Below the pieces are notes generated by a model that ran no database searches, was not told the origin of the DNA, and worked only from the letters and a program-made list of their open reading frames with translations. The translations under genes and the position numbers were made by a program. A DNA stretch of 26,180 bases from NCBI GenBank assembly GCA_051746725.1, contig JBNJFI010000023.1:1-26180 (forward strand). Direction: 5' to 3'. Within the stretch, counting starts at the first letter, position 1, and each line of letters starts with the position of its first letter. The DNA comes from Fusobacteriota bacterium. Its GTDB lineage: Bacteria > Fusobacteriota > Fusobacteriia > Fusobacteriales > JBNJFI01. This document shows, piece by piece, positions 17,275 to 26,180 of this stretch.

Positions 17275-18666
17275 GTGAAAGACAAATCTAAAGATGTTTG
17301 GAATAGAGTTTTAAAAATGTTACAATGGAGTACCAGTGAGTCAGATTATAATTCATGGCTTTTAAATGTAATTCCAGTTTTATTAGATTCTGATTGTTTA
17401 GTTGTTGAAGTAGATAATAACTTTATTAAAGATAGAATTGAGAAAAAATTTAAAGATAAAATTATTGAAATTCTTAATGAAGTTTTAGTTTTACGAGATG
17501 GATTTACTGATTTGAAGATACAGGTAAAACAGAGTAATAAGATTGAAGAAGATGATATGAATATGTCTAACAAAGAAGAAAAAATAGAAGAAATATCTGA
17601 TGAAGATGATGATAAAGAAAAACCTTTAAATCTCTTTAATAATAATAAATATAATTTAAAAAGGCGTTCAACTTTTGAAAATTTTGTAGTAGGTAAAAGT
17701 AATGAATTTGCAGAAGCTGCATCAGAAGCAGTTGCTAGAATGCCAGGGAAAGTTTATAATCCTTTATTTATACATGGAGGAGTTGGATTAGGAAAGACCC
17801 ATTTAATGCACGCTATTGGAAATTATATATTGAATAATGATTCTTCAAAAAAGATATTTTATTGTTCTTCTGAACAATTTACAAATGATTTAATTAAATC
17901 ATTGAAAAATGATAAGATGCAACAATTTAGAAGTAAATATAGAAAATTAGATGTTTTATTAATAGATGATATACAATTTTTAGCTGGTAAAGATAGTACT
18001 CAAGAGGAGTTTTTTCATACATTTAATGAGTTACATCAATTGGGAAAACAAATTGTTATTTCCAGTGATCGATCTCCGAAAGAAATTAAAAATGTTGGAA
18101 AAAGATTAGTTTCAAGATTTGAATGGGGATTAATTGCAGATATACAACAGCCAGATTTTGAAACAAGAGTTGCTATATTGAATAATAAAGTAGAGACTGA
18201 AAATATTAAATTATCCGAAGAAGTTATAAATTATATTGCAGAATCAGTGAATTCTAATATTAGAGAATTAGAAGGAGCTTTAAATAGGATTGTTGCCAGA
18301 GCATCTTTACTTAAAAAAAGAATAACAGTAGAATTAGTTGAAGAGATATTATATGATGTATTAAAAAATAAATCAAAATTAGTTACAAAAGAAAAAATAA
18401 TCAATGTAGTATCTAAACACTATGATATTCCAGTAGAACAAATGAAATCTAAAAGAAGAAAGAAAAGAATAGCAAAATCAAGACAAGTTGCAATGTATTT
18501 TTTGAGAAATATGTTACAGCTTCCATTTGCTGCAATAGGGGATATATTTGGTGGTAAAGATCATACAACTGTTATGCATAGTGTTTCTAAGATTGAAAAA
18601 GAAAAAAAAGAAAAAAAGTTTTTTGAAAAAGATCTAGCTATGTTAAGAGAAAGAATAGAGTCATAA
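17275..18666 (+). CDS. dnaA: Chromosomal replication initiator DnaA
   Basis: YNPLFIHGGVGLGKTHL (Walker A), LLIDDIQFL (Walker B), NIRELEGAL, domain IV GGKDHTTVMHS. GTG 17275 follows SD AAAGGAG. Confidence 0.98.
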   Translation: MKDKSKDVWNRVLKMLQWSTSESDYNSWLLNVIPVLLDSDCLVVEVDNNFIKDRIEKKFKDKIIEILNEVLVLRDGFTDLKIQVKQSNKIEEDDMNMSNKEEKIEEISDEDDDKEKPLNLFNNNKYNLKRRSTFENFVVGKSNEFAEAASEAVARMPGKVYNPLFIHGGVGLGKTHLMHAIGNYILNNDSSKKIFYCSSEQFTNDLIKSLKNDKMQQFRSKYRKLDVLLIDDIQFLAGKDSTQEEFFHTFNELHQLGKQIVISSDRSPKEIKNVGKRLVSRFEWGLIADIQQPDFETRVAILNNKVETENIKLSEEVINYIAESVNSNIRELEGALNRIVARASLLKKRITVELVEEILYDVLKNKSKLVTKEKIINVVSKHYDIPVEQMKSKRRKKRIAKSRQVAMYFLRNMLQLPFAAIGDIFGGKDHTTVMHSVSKIEKEKKEKKFFEKDLAMLRERIES

Positions 18667-18699
18667 GTTATTTTAAATATATATAAATAAGGAGGAATA

Positions 18700-18921
18700 G
18701 TGAAAGATATAGATATAAATACCGAGTATATTAAGTTAGACCAATTTTTAAAATGGAGTAATATAGTAAATACCGGTTCTGATGCAAAATATTTAATAAA
18801 TAATTTTTTGGTAAAAGTTAATGAAAATATTGAAACTAGAAGAGGTAAAAAATTATATCAAGATGATATTATAGAAGTAGAAGGAGAAAAATACAGAGTA
18901 AATTCTAGTTACGAGGTGTAA
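18700..18921 (+). CDS. yaaA: S4-like RNA-binding protein YaaA
   Basis: EYIKLDQFLKWSNIVNTGSDAK...VNENIETRRGKKL; typical position before recF. Confidence 0.9.
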   Translation: MKDIDINTEYIKLDQFLKWSNIVNTGSDAKYLINNFLVKVNENIETRRGKKLYQDDIIEVEGEKYRVNSSYEV

Positions 18922-18924
18922 ATT

Positions 18925-20013
18925 TTGCAGATTAATACCAGTACTTTTTTGAATTTTAGAAATTTAAAAAAAGATAAATTAAAGTTTGAACCTAATTTAA
19001 ATATATTTTATGGTCAAAATGGTCAAGGAAAAACCAATCTTTTAGAAATGCTTTATTTTAATATTACTGGAAAAAGTTTTAGAACCAATAAAGTAAAAGA
19101 ATTAATAAATCATGAAAAAGATAGGTTAAAGGTTTTTTCTAATTATAGTGATATGATAGGAAATAAAAATATTGCGGTATCTATAAATAATAAAAAAGAA
19201 TATTATTATAACAAAACTAAGGTCAAATATGATGAATTTATAGGTAAAGTAAATGCAATATCATTTATCCCGGAAGATATATCATTGGTTATAGGTTCTC
19301 CTTCTATAAGGAGGAACTTTTTTGACTATGAAATATCTCAGGCTAATTTTAAATATTATCAAAATTTAAAAGAATATAATAAAATTTTAAAAAGTCGTAA
19401 TAAATTATTAAAGACTAAAAATACTAGAGGAGATATTTTTGTTTTATATAATGAAAAGTTTATTGATTATTCAATAAAAATATTAAAAAAAAGATTAGAC
19501 TTTAGTAAAAATTTATCTAGGTTATTAAATTTAAAATACAGAAAGTTATTTGATCTTGAATCTGAATTAAAATTAAAATATATTTCTTTTATAGGAGAAA
19601 TAGAAAAATTATCAGAAAATCAAATAAGAGAAAAAATATTAAAAAAAATGGAAAAAGTAAAAAAAAGAGAAAACAGATATGGTTATTCCTTGGTAGGACC
19701 TCAAAAGGATAAATATAAATTTTTATTAAATGAAAAAAACGCAAGACATTACTCTTCTCAAGGAGAAAAAAAATCAATTGTATTTGCTTTAAAAATAGCT
19801 GAAATAGATATAATGATAAAAGAAAAAAAAGAATATCCTATATTTCTTATAGATGATATTTCTTCATATTTAGATTTTAAAAGAAAAAATAATATAATAG
19901 AATACTTTAAAAATAAAAAGATACAAACTTTTATTACTTCTACTGAAAAGGTAGATTTAGAAGGAAATAATTTTTATATAGAAAAAGGGAGAATTTATGC
20001 AAAAAACTCATGA
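18925..20013 (+). CDS. recF: DNA replication/repair protein RecF
   Basis: NFRN, GQNGQGKTNLLE (Walker A), SQGEKKS (signature), LIDDISSYLD (Walker B). Confidence 0.95.
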   Translation: MQINTSTFLNFRNLKKDKLKFEPNLNIFYGQNGQGKTNLLEMLYFNITGKSFRTNKVKELINHEKDRLKVFSNYSDMIGNKNIAVSINNKKEYYYNKTKVKYDEFIGKVNAISFIPEDISLVIGSPSIRRNFFDYEISQANFKYYQNLKEYNKILKSRNKLLKTKNTRGDIFVLYNEKFIDYSIKILKKRLDFSKNLSRLLNLKYRKLFDLESELKLKYISFIGEIEKLSENQIREKILKKMEKVKKRENRYGYSLVGPQKDKYKFLLNEKNARHYSSQGEKKSIVFALKIAEIDIMIKEKKEYPIFLIDDISSYLDFKRKNNIIEYFKNKKIQTFITSTEKVDLEGNNFYIEKGRIYAKNS

Positions 20014-20851
20014 TATACAAGAAATCATAAAAGAGCAGATAAAAAAGAGTCCTTTTTTAAAAAAAGAGATGCTAGATGTAAAATGGAAAGACATAGTAGG
20101 AGAAAATTTGGCAAAAAAAAGTCGGCCAGTTTTCATAAAAGAAGGAAAGTTAAAAGTACAAGTGGAAAGCTCTATATGGTTACAAGAGATGAGATTTTTG
20201 GAAAGAGATATATTAAAAAAAGTTAATACTTTCTTATCAGACGAAGAAGTAAAAGAAATTTATTTTAAAGTTGGAAAAATAAACGACAAAAAATTTTCCA
20301 ATATAAATATGAATGAAAAAGAATATGAAAGAATTGATATTAACAATGTAACTCTTTCTAGAGAAGATATATATTTAATAAAAAAAGAGATAAAAGATAT
20401 AGAAAACCCAGATATAAAAAAGAGAATATATAAAGTTATTTCTAATAATAAAAAAAGAGAAAAGGCTTTACTCAAAAAAGGTTATAAGAAATGTGGTAAA
20501 TGTGGAAGCATACATAAAAATTCTGGTGATAAGTGTACTATATGCTTAGAAAAGAGCCATAAAAAACAAGAGAGAGAATTATTACAGGATATAAAAAATA
20601 ACTTAGGTATTTCTTTTATAGGTCTAAAAAAGAGACATCCATATATAAATGAAAATGATTATATAAGGGCTAAAAACAAATTAAAAGATAAGTACCAAAG
20701 AAAAATGAATATATATCTAAAAGAAGATAATACTAAAAAAGCCTATGAAAATGCTTATAAATATTATGTTTTAGAAACAGGTATAGAAGATAAAAAGATA
20801 TTAAAAGACAGAATATACGGTTTTTTAAAAAATGTTTCACATGAAACATAG
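19997..20851 (+). CDS. DciA/DUF721 helicase-loader family protein with Zn-ribbon and C-terminal extension
   Basis: WKDIVGENLAKKSRP..IKEGKLKVQVESSIWLQEMRF (DUF721-like); CGKC-x9-CTIC; located between recF and gyrB. Confidence 0.75.
   Translation: MQKTHDIQEIIKEQIKKSPFLKKEMLDVKWKDIVGENLAKKSRPVFIKEGKLKVQVESSIWLQEMRFLERDILKKVNTFLSDEEVKEIYFKVGKINDKKFSNINMNEKEYERIDINNVTLSREDIYLIKKEIKDIENPDIKKRIYKVISNNKKREKALLKKGYKKCGKCGSIHKNSGDKCTICLEKSHKKQERELLQDIKNNLGISFIGLKKRHPYINENDYIRAKNKLKDKYQRKMNIYLKEDNTKKAYENAYKYYVLETGIEDKKILKDRIYGFLKNVSHET
20833..20848. promoter_or_regulatory. parS site (1 mismatch) in the last codons of the DciA-like gene
   Basis: TGTTTCACATGAAACA versus consensus TGTTTCACGTGAAACA. Confidence 0.8.
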
Positions 20852-20859
20852 GAGGAAAA

Positions 20860-21135
20860 ATGTATACATATATAGAAAACAAATACTTTATACCTTTAGA
20901 TGAAATTGTAACAATAGTTGATTATGAACATTTTTCGCAAACAAAAAATGGAGAAGAGTATTTAAAATATAATCGTAAAAAAATCATAGATTTATCTAAA
21001 AAAGAAAAAAGAACATTAATAATAACAGATAAATATATATATTTATCATCATATACAGTAAGAACTCTATATTCTAGAGGAGAAGAGTTTAAAAAGATAA
21101 AAGAAGATAATAAATACGGAGGTAAAAATGAGTGA
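20860..21135 (+). CDS. remB: RemB/YaaB (DUF370) family protein
   Basis: MYTYIENKYFIPLDEIVTIVD...RTLIITDKYIYLSSYTVRTLYSR pattern; position immediately before gyrB. Confidence 0.7.
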   Translation: MYTYIENKYFIPLDEIVTIVDYEHFSQTKNGEEYLKYNRKKIIDLSKKEKRTLIITDKYIYLSSYTVRTLYSRGEEFKKIKEDNKYGGKNE

Positions 21136-23035
21136 TTATTCAGCTAAAGAAATAACGGTTTTAAAGGGATTAGAAGCAGTAAGAAAAAGACCTGGTATGT
21201 ATATAGGTTCAACTTCTTTAAGAGGATTACATCATTTGATTTGGGAAGTTGTAGATAACAGTGTTGATGAAGCTCTAGCAGGACATTGTACTAAAATAGA
21301 TGTGAAAGTATTAAAAGATAACATTATAGAAGTACAAGATAATGGACGGGGTATACCTGTAGAAAATCATGACAAAGAAAAAAAATCAGCATTAGAACTA
21401 GTTATGACAGTTCTACATGCCGGTGGGAAATTTGAAAATAAAGGATATAAAGTTTCAGGTGGACTACATGGAGTTGGAGTATCTGTTGTAAATGCATTAT
21501 CAAGTTGGTTAGAAGTGGAAGTAAAAAGAGAAGGAAAAATATGGTTTCAAAGGTATCAAACAGGAATCCCAGAAGAAACTATAAAAGTAATAGGTGAAGC
21601 AGACAGTTTAGAAGATACAGGAACTAAAATAAAATTTAAACCTGATTCAGACATTTTTGAAGATACAGTATTCGAGTGTGATAGAATTATAGCTAGAATG
21701 AAAGAATTAGCATATTTAAATAGAGGTCTAAAAATAGATGTCATAGATGAACGAAAAGATGAGGTTAGAAAAGAGTCATTTGAATTTGAAGGTGGAATTG
21801 AAGATTTTATAAGAGAATTAGAAGAAGAAGAAACTAAAGTAATAGATGATCCTATATATATGGAGGGAGAAGAAGATGGAGTAGAAGTAGAAGTTGCTGC
21901 TCTATATGTTAAGGGGTCTAAACAAAATATTTTTTCTTTTGTAAATAATATAAACACTCATGAAGGTGGAACCCATGTAAGTGGTTTTAAATCAGCTCTT
22001 ACTAGAACAGTAAATGACGTAGCTAGAAGTACTGGTATGTTAAAAGAAAAAGACGATAATTTCTTAGGAAGAGATGTTAGAGAGGGAATTATTACAATAA
22101 TAAATATAAAAGTTCCTGAACCTCAGTTTGAAGGTCAGACCAAGACAAAATTAGGAAATTCTGAAATAACAGGGATAGTTTCTTCAATAGTTTCTAAATA
22201 TCTTAAAATATATTTAGAAGATCATCCAGACGATGCAAAAGAGATAATTAATAAGATATGGCTTTCAAAAAAGGCAAGAGAAGCTGCCAAAAAAGCTAGA
22301 AACTTAGTAGTAAGAAAGAGTGCATTGGAGGTAAGTTCTTTACCTGGAAAATTAGCTGATTGTGCTTCAAAAGATGCAGATAAAAGTGAGGTATTTATTG
22401 TCGAGGGGGATTCTGCTGGAGGATCAGCAAAACAAGGTAGAAATAGAGAATTTCAAGCAATATTACCATTAAAAGGAAAAATTTTAAATGTAGAAAAATC
22501 GGGAATAAATAGAGCATTGGAAAATGATGAAATCAGAGCTATGATAACAGCCTTTGGAGTAAATTTTGGTGAAGATCTGGATATGTCAAAATTAAGATAT
22601 AGTAAAATTATAATAATGACAGATGCAGATGTTGATGGAGCACATATAAGAACATTGATATTAACTTTCTTTTTTAGACACTATAAAGAGTTAATAGAAA
22701 ATGGAAATATATATATAGCGCAACCTCCGTTATATAAAATTCAGCAGGGTAGAAAAAGTGAATATGCTTATACTGAAAAAGATAGAGATAGAATAGTAAA
22801 GAATATAAATGGAGAAAATTATAGTATTCAAAGATATAAAGGACTAGGAGAAATGAATCCCGAACAATTGTGGAGTACTACTTTAGATCCATCTAATAGA
22901 AGATTATTGCAAGTTAAAATGGAAGATGCTACTTATGCAGATCAAATTTTTTCTGTGTTAATGGGTGGCAAAGTAAAACCAAGACGTGATTTTATACAAG
23001 AACATGCAGATAAAGTAAGAAATTTAGATATATAA
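21128..23035 (+). CDS. gyrB: DNA gyrase subunit B
   Basis: LEAVRKRPGMYIG, EVVDNSVDE, GGLHGVGVS, VEGDSAGG, PLKGK, MTDADVDG, RYKGLGEMN. Confidence 0.97.
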   Translation: MSDYSAKEITVLKGLEAVRKRPGMYIGSTSLRGLHHLIWEVVDNSVDEALAGHCTKIDVKVLKDNIIEVQDNGRGIPVENHDKEKKSALELVMTVLHAGGKFENKGYKVSGGLHGVGVSVVNALSSWLEVEVKREGKIWFQRYQTGIPEETIKVIGEADSLEDTGTKIKFKPDSDIFEDTVFECDRIIARMKELAYLNRGLKIDVIDERKDEVRKESFEFEGGIEDFIRELEEEETKVIDDPIYMEGEEDGVEVEVAALYVKGSKQNIFSFVNNINTHEGGTHVSGFKSALTRTVNDVARSTGMLKEKDDNFLGRDVREGIITIINIKVPEPQFEGQTKTKLGNSEITGIVSSIVSKYLKIYLEDHPDDAKEIINKIWLSKKAREAAKKARNLVVRKSALEVSSLPGKLADCASKDADKSEVFIVEGDSAGGSAKQGRNREFQAILPLKGKILNVEKSGINRALENDEIRAMITAFGVNFGEDLDMSKLRYSKIIIMTDADVDGAHIRTLILTFFFRHYKELIENGNIYIAQPPLYKIQQGRKSEYAYTEKDRDRIVKNINGENYSIQRYKGLGEMNPEQLWSTTLDPSNRRLLQVKMEDATYADQIFSVLMGGKVKPRRDFIQEHADKVRNLDI

Positions 23036-23094
23036 GATAAAAAAGAAAGTTTTAAAAAAATAAGGTATGTTTGATTTGGGAGGAGATTAAGAGA

Positions 23095-25524
23095 ATGTCA
23101 GAAAAGATAAATGAGAATATTACAGATATATATATAGAAGATGAAATGAAGGCTTCATACCTGGATTATTCCATGAGTGTAATTGTTAGTAGAGCATTAC
23201 CAGATGCTAGAGATGGATTAAAACCTGTTCATAGAAGAATTTTATATGCTATGAATGAGATGGGAATGTTTAGTAATAAGCCGCATAAGAAATCTGCTAG
23301 AATAGTAGGGGAAGTACTAGGGAAGTATCATCCACATGGTGATACTGCTGTGTATCATACTATGGTTAGAATGGCTCAAGAATTTAATTACAGATATTTA
23401 TTAGTGGATGGTCATGGAAATTTTGGATCAATAGATGGAGATAGTGCAGCTGCAATGAGATATACAGAGGCTAGAATGTCTAAAATATCAAAAGAGTTAA
23501 TGGTTGATATTAAAAAAGATACAGTGGATTTTACTAAAAACTTTGATGATTCATTGGATGAACCAGCAGTTTTGCCTGCAAAATTACCACATTTATTATT
23601 AAATGGAGCTTCTGGAATAGCAGTTGGGATGGCAACAAATATTCCACCTCATAATTTAGGGGAATTAATAGATGGAATTACAGAATTAATTGATAATCCT
23701 GATATGACAATAGATGATTTAAATGAAATAATTAAAGCACCTGATTTTCCTACTGGAGGAATAATAAATGGTACCAAAGGAGTTAAAAGTGCCTATAGAA
23801 CTGGTAAAGGAAAGATAAAAGTTCGAGGTAAAGTAAAAATAGAGAAGATGAGAAAAGGGAAAGAAGCTATTATAATAAATGAGCTTCCATATCAAGTTAA
23901 TAAAGCTAGATTAATAAAGAAAATTGCAAAATTAGCCAAAGACAGAAAGATTAAAGGGATAACTAATCTTAGAGATGAATCAGATAGAGATGGAATTAGA
24001 GTAGTAATAGAGATAAAAAGAGGAGAAGATCATAGATTAGTATTAAATAAACTTTATAAATATACATCTTTACAAAAAACATTTGGAGCTAATGTACTTG
24101 CTTTAGTCAATAAAGAACCTAAAGTTTTAAACTTGAAACAGGCTTTACAACATTATATTAATCATAGATTTGAAGTTGTCACTAGAAGAACTAAATATAA
24201 ATTGAGAAAAGCAAAAAAGAGAGCGCATATTTTAGAAGGTTATATTATAGCGTTAGATAATATAGATGAAGTTATAAAACTTATTAAAGCTTCTCAAAGC
24301 AAAGAAGAGGCAATTAGTAACTTAATAAGAGATTATGATTTAAGTGAAGATCAAGCAGCTGCTGTTTTAAAAATGAGATTACAAAGATTAACAGGTTTAG
24401 AAAAAGGTAAAATAGAAGCAGAGCATGCAGAGTTAAAAGAAAAAATTGCAGAATATGAACTTATATTAAGTGAAGATGGTAGAGTTTATGCAATTATTAA
24501 AACAGAAATAGCAGAATTAAAAGAGAAATATAATGACGAAAGAAGAACAGAAATAATAGAAGAAAAGAAAAATATCAAAAAAGAAGATCTAATTAAAGAT
24601 GAAACTTCTATTGTAACCCTTACGAATAAAGGTTATATAAAAAGAATGAAATTAGACCGATATAAGGTTCAAAATAGAGGTGGAAAGGGAATAAAAGCCC
24701 ATAGTACACAAGAAGAAGATTTTTTAATTAACTTACATTTAGGTTCTAATCTTGATTCATTATTAATATTTACTGATAGAGGAAAAGCACATAGTCTTAA
24801 AGTTTATGAAATACCTAAAGCTTCTAGAAAAGCAAGAGGAACATTAATAGGTAATATAATTAAGCTTAGAGAAGGTGAAAAAGTAAAAAACATAGTAAAA
24901 ATAAAAGATTTTAATGATAAAGAAGAAATTTTATTTATGACTAAAAAAGGAAAAGTTAAAAAATGTAATTTAAAATCTTTTGAGTCAATAAGTAGAGCCG
25001 GATTAATTGCAATTAAATTAGATAAAAATGATAATTTAGTTCATATCGGTGTAACAAACGGAGAAAATGAAATAATGGCTGCAACTAAATATGGTAAAAT
25101 CATCAGATTTTCTGAAAAAGAAGTAAGATGTATGGGGAGAACAGCCAAAGGAGTTAAAGCTATATCTCTTAAAAAAGATGATGAAATAGTATCGGGAGTT
25201 ATTATAAAAAATAAAGAAAATACTATTTTGACATTAACAGAAAATGGGTATGGAAAACAGACTAAGTTAGATAAATATAATATACAGTCTAGAGCTGGTC
25301 AAGGAGTTAGAAATCTAAAAACTTCTAGTCGCACTGGAAATATTGTATCTGTTCAAGAGGTAGAAAAAGATGACGAAATAATGTTAATAACTTCAAATGG
25401 AGTATTAATAAGAACAAATGTGGAAAGTATTTCAGTATTAGGTAGAAATACACAAGGTGTAAAAATAATGAATGTGGATAAAGATGAAAAAGTAGTGTCA
25501 GTTGTAAAAGTTAGAGAAGAATAA
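23095..25524 (+). CDS. gyrA: DNA gyrase subunit A
   Basis: [26 protein letters not shown] (catalytic Tyr), GyrA-box QNRGGKG. ATG 23095 follows SD GGAGGAG. Confidence 0.97.
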   Translation: MSEKINENITDIYIEDEMKASYLDYSMSVIVSRALPDARDGLKPVHRRILYAMNEMGMFSNKPHKKSARIVGEVLGKYHPHGDTAVYHTMVRMAQEFNYRYLLVDGHGNFGSIDGDSAAAMRYTEARMSKISKELMVDIKKDTVDFTKNFDDSLDEPAVLPAKLPHLLLNGASGIAVGMATNIPPHNLGELIDGITELIDNPDMTIDDLNEIIKAPDFPTGGIINGTKGVKSAYRTGKGKIKVRGKVKIEKMRKGKEAIIINELPYQVNKARLIKKIAKLAKDRKIKGITNLRDESDRDGIRVVIEIKRGEDHRLVLNKLYKYTSLQKTFGANVLALVNKEPKVLNLKQALQHYINHRFEVVTRRTKYKLRKAKKRAHILEGYIIALDNIDEVIKLIKASQSKEEAISNLIRDYDLSEDQAAAVLKMRLQRLTGLEKGKIEAEHAELKEKIAEYELILSEDGRVYAIIKTEIAELKEKYNDERRTEIIEEKKNIKKEDLIKDETSIVTLTNKGYIKRMKLDRYKVQNRGGKGIKAHSTQEEDFLINLHLGSNLDSLLIFTDRGKAHSLKVYEIPKASRKARGTLIGNIIKLREGEKVKNIVKIKDFNDKEEILFMTKKGKVKKCNLKSFESISRAGLIAIKLDKNDNLVHIGVTNGENEIMAATKYGKIIRFSEKEVRCMGRTAKGVKAISLKKDDEIVSGVIIKNKENTILTLTENGYGKQTKLDKYNIQSRAGQGVRNLKTSSRTGNIVSVQEVEKDDEIMLITSNGVLIRTNVESISVLGRNTQGVKIMNVDKDEKVVSVVKVREE

Positions 25525-25529
25525 TAGCC

Positions 25530-25566
25530 AAAAAAGGTGGGGATAACTAATATCTCCACCTTTTTT
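25530..25566 (+). terminator. Intrinsic terminator after gyrA
   Basis: AAAAAAGGTGGGGATA-ACTAA-TATCTCCACCTTTTTT (one G-U pair) with a T6 tail. Confidence 0.85.
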
Positions 25567-25611
25567 GCTATAAAAATATAAGTTATCCACAAAATTCCGG
25601 TGGAAAAAGGT

Positions 25612-25627
25612 CGTTTCATGTGAAAAA
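25612..25627. promoter_or_regulatory. Degenerate parS-like site inside the DnaA-box cluster
   Basis: CGTTTCATGTGAAAAA, 13/16 identical to TGTTTCACGTGAAACA. Confidence 0.5.
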
Positions 25628-26026
25628 CTCATAAAAAAGTGGAAAAACAGCAAACTTTATAACAAAAAAGATAAAGTTATCCACTTTTGAACAAAGTTAT
25701 CCACAAATCCACTTTTCTTTTCAAGAATTAGAGTTTGAATGGATTTTTTAAAGGTAAATCCATTGATAATTATTACTTAATAAAAAATGTAATTTTAGAA
25801 AGTTTATTTTTATCTGTGTAAACCAAATTTTTAATATTTTTAAATTTAATATCTTTAAATATATTATAATTTAGATATGATAGTAATTGTTCTTGTCAAG
25901 TAATAAATGATATTAATAAATTTGTTACAAAAAAGTGAAATTTAAGATCTTAAACGATTATATAATTTGCAAGTAAAATTTTTTAATAAAATCAAAATAT
26001 CTCTTGTTTTTTTCTTAAAAAAATAA

Positions 26027-26073
26027 AATCTATATATAGTGTCTTTTTAAATATAAAACACAATATATAGAGT
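26027..26073. promoter_or_regulatory. Tandem NrdR boxes
   Basis: AATCTATATATAGTGT (26027-26042) and ACACAATATATAGAGT (26058-26073) both fit acaCwAtATaTwGtgt and are 31 bp apart, the typical NrdR tandem spacing. Confidence 0.8.
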
Positions 26074-26149
26074 TTTTCACGAAATATTGATGGCTATTTT
26101 ATCTAAAGAAAAATAAGAATAATAGATAAAAAATAAAATAAAATAAATA

Positions 26150-26178
26150 TTGAAATTTTAGCTAAAATCATGTATAAT
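26150..26178 (+). promoter_or_regulatory. Sigma70 promoter for a gene beyond the right edge of the window
   Basis: TTGAAA (26150-26155), 17 bp spacer, TATAAT (26173-26178). Confidence 0.75.
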
Positions 26179-26180
26179 GT

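Larger units (their letters stand above)
25473..25713. promoter_or_regulatory. Second DnaA-box cluster at and after the gyrA 3' end
   Basis: Perfect TTATCCACA at 25473-25481(-), 25583-25591(+) and 25697-25705(+). TTTTTCACA at 25619-25627(-). One-mismatch boxes at 25599(-), 25638(-) and 25677(+). AAGTTATCCAC occurs three times. Confidence 0.85.

Noticed and set aside
23328..23336. DnaA-box-like TCATCCACA inside gyrA
   Set aside because: Isolated, mismatched and dictated by the conserved HPH codons.
21128..25524. Genes being topoisomerase IV (parE/parC) rather than gyrase
   Set aside because: Intact GyrA-box (QNRGGKG) and origin-proximal position after recF support gyrase.
17346..25619. Minus-strand ORFs 17346, 19589, 20260, 21556 and 25353
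   Set aside because: Antisense shadows of dnaA, recF, dciA, gyrB and gyrA.
25570..25713. AAGTTATCCAC repeats as a CRISPR array or plasmid iterons
   Set aside because: Repeats are only 11 bp, irregularly spaced, match DnaA boxes, and no cas or rep gene is present.
25871..25899. Minus-strand TTGACA (25899-25894) as an antisense promoter toward gyrA
   Set aside because: No acceptable -10 hexamer at 16-18 bp spacing.

Overview
Very AT-rich bacterial chromosomal replication-origin region. Genes diverge from the rpmH-dnaA intergenic region. Minus strand: rpmH-rnpA-yidD-yidC-jag-mnmE-mnmG-mfd-PrsA-like PPIase-S4 (YabO/RqcP)-rlmD-ispE-spoVG-tRNA-Gln, then a separately promoted cluster of an SLH/coiled-coil/beta-barrel (OmpM-like) protein, a PilZ/YcgR-like protein, hisA and pgi (truncated by the window edge). 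Plus strand: dnaA-yaaA-recF-dciA-remB-gyrB-gyrA, with no dnaN. Gene order, short YidC/Mfd and divergent MnmG motifs suggest Fusobacteriota (inference). The genes are mostly housekeeping, and no mobile element, CRISPR array or defence system is visible. The most interesting signals are non-coding. (i) oriC upstream of dnaA has a DnaA box + (TAG)6 DnaA-trio unwinding module. (ii) A second DnaA-box cluster about 8.5 kb away, after gyrA, contains a parS-like site and is followed by tandem NrdR boxes and a promoter pointing out of the window. (iii) There are three parS/parS-like sites but no parAB in the window. (iv) rlmD has no in-frame ATG/GTG/TTG for its first ~120 codons and is overlapped by a 10-codon ORF carrying an A_AAA_AAG slippery heptamer. 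All calls are from reading the sequence by eye; no database searches were run.
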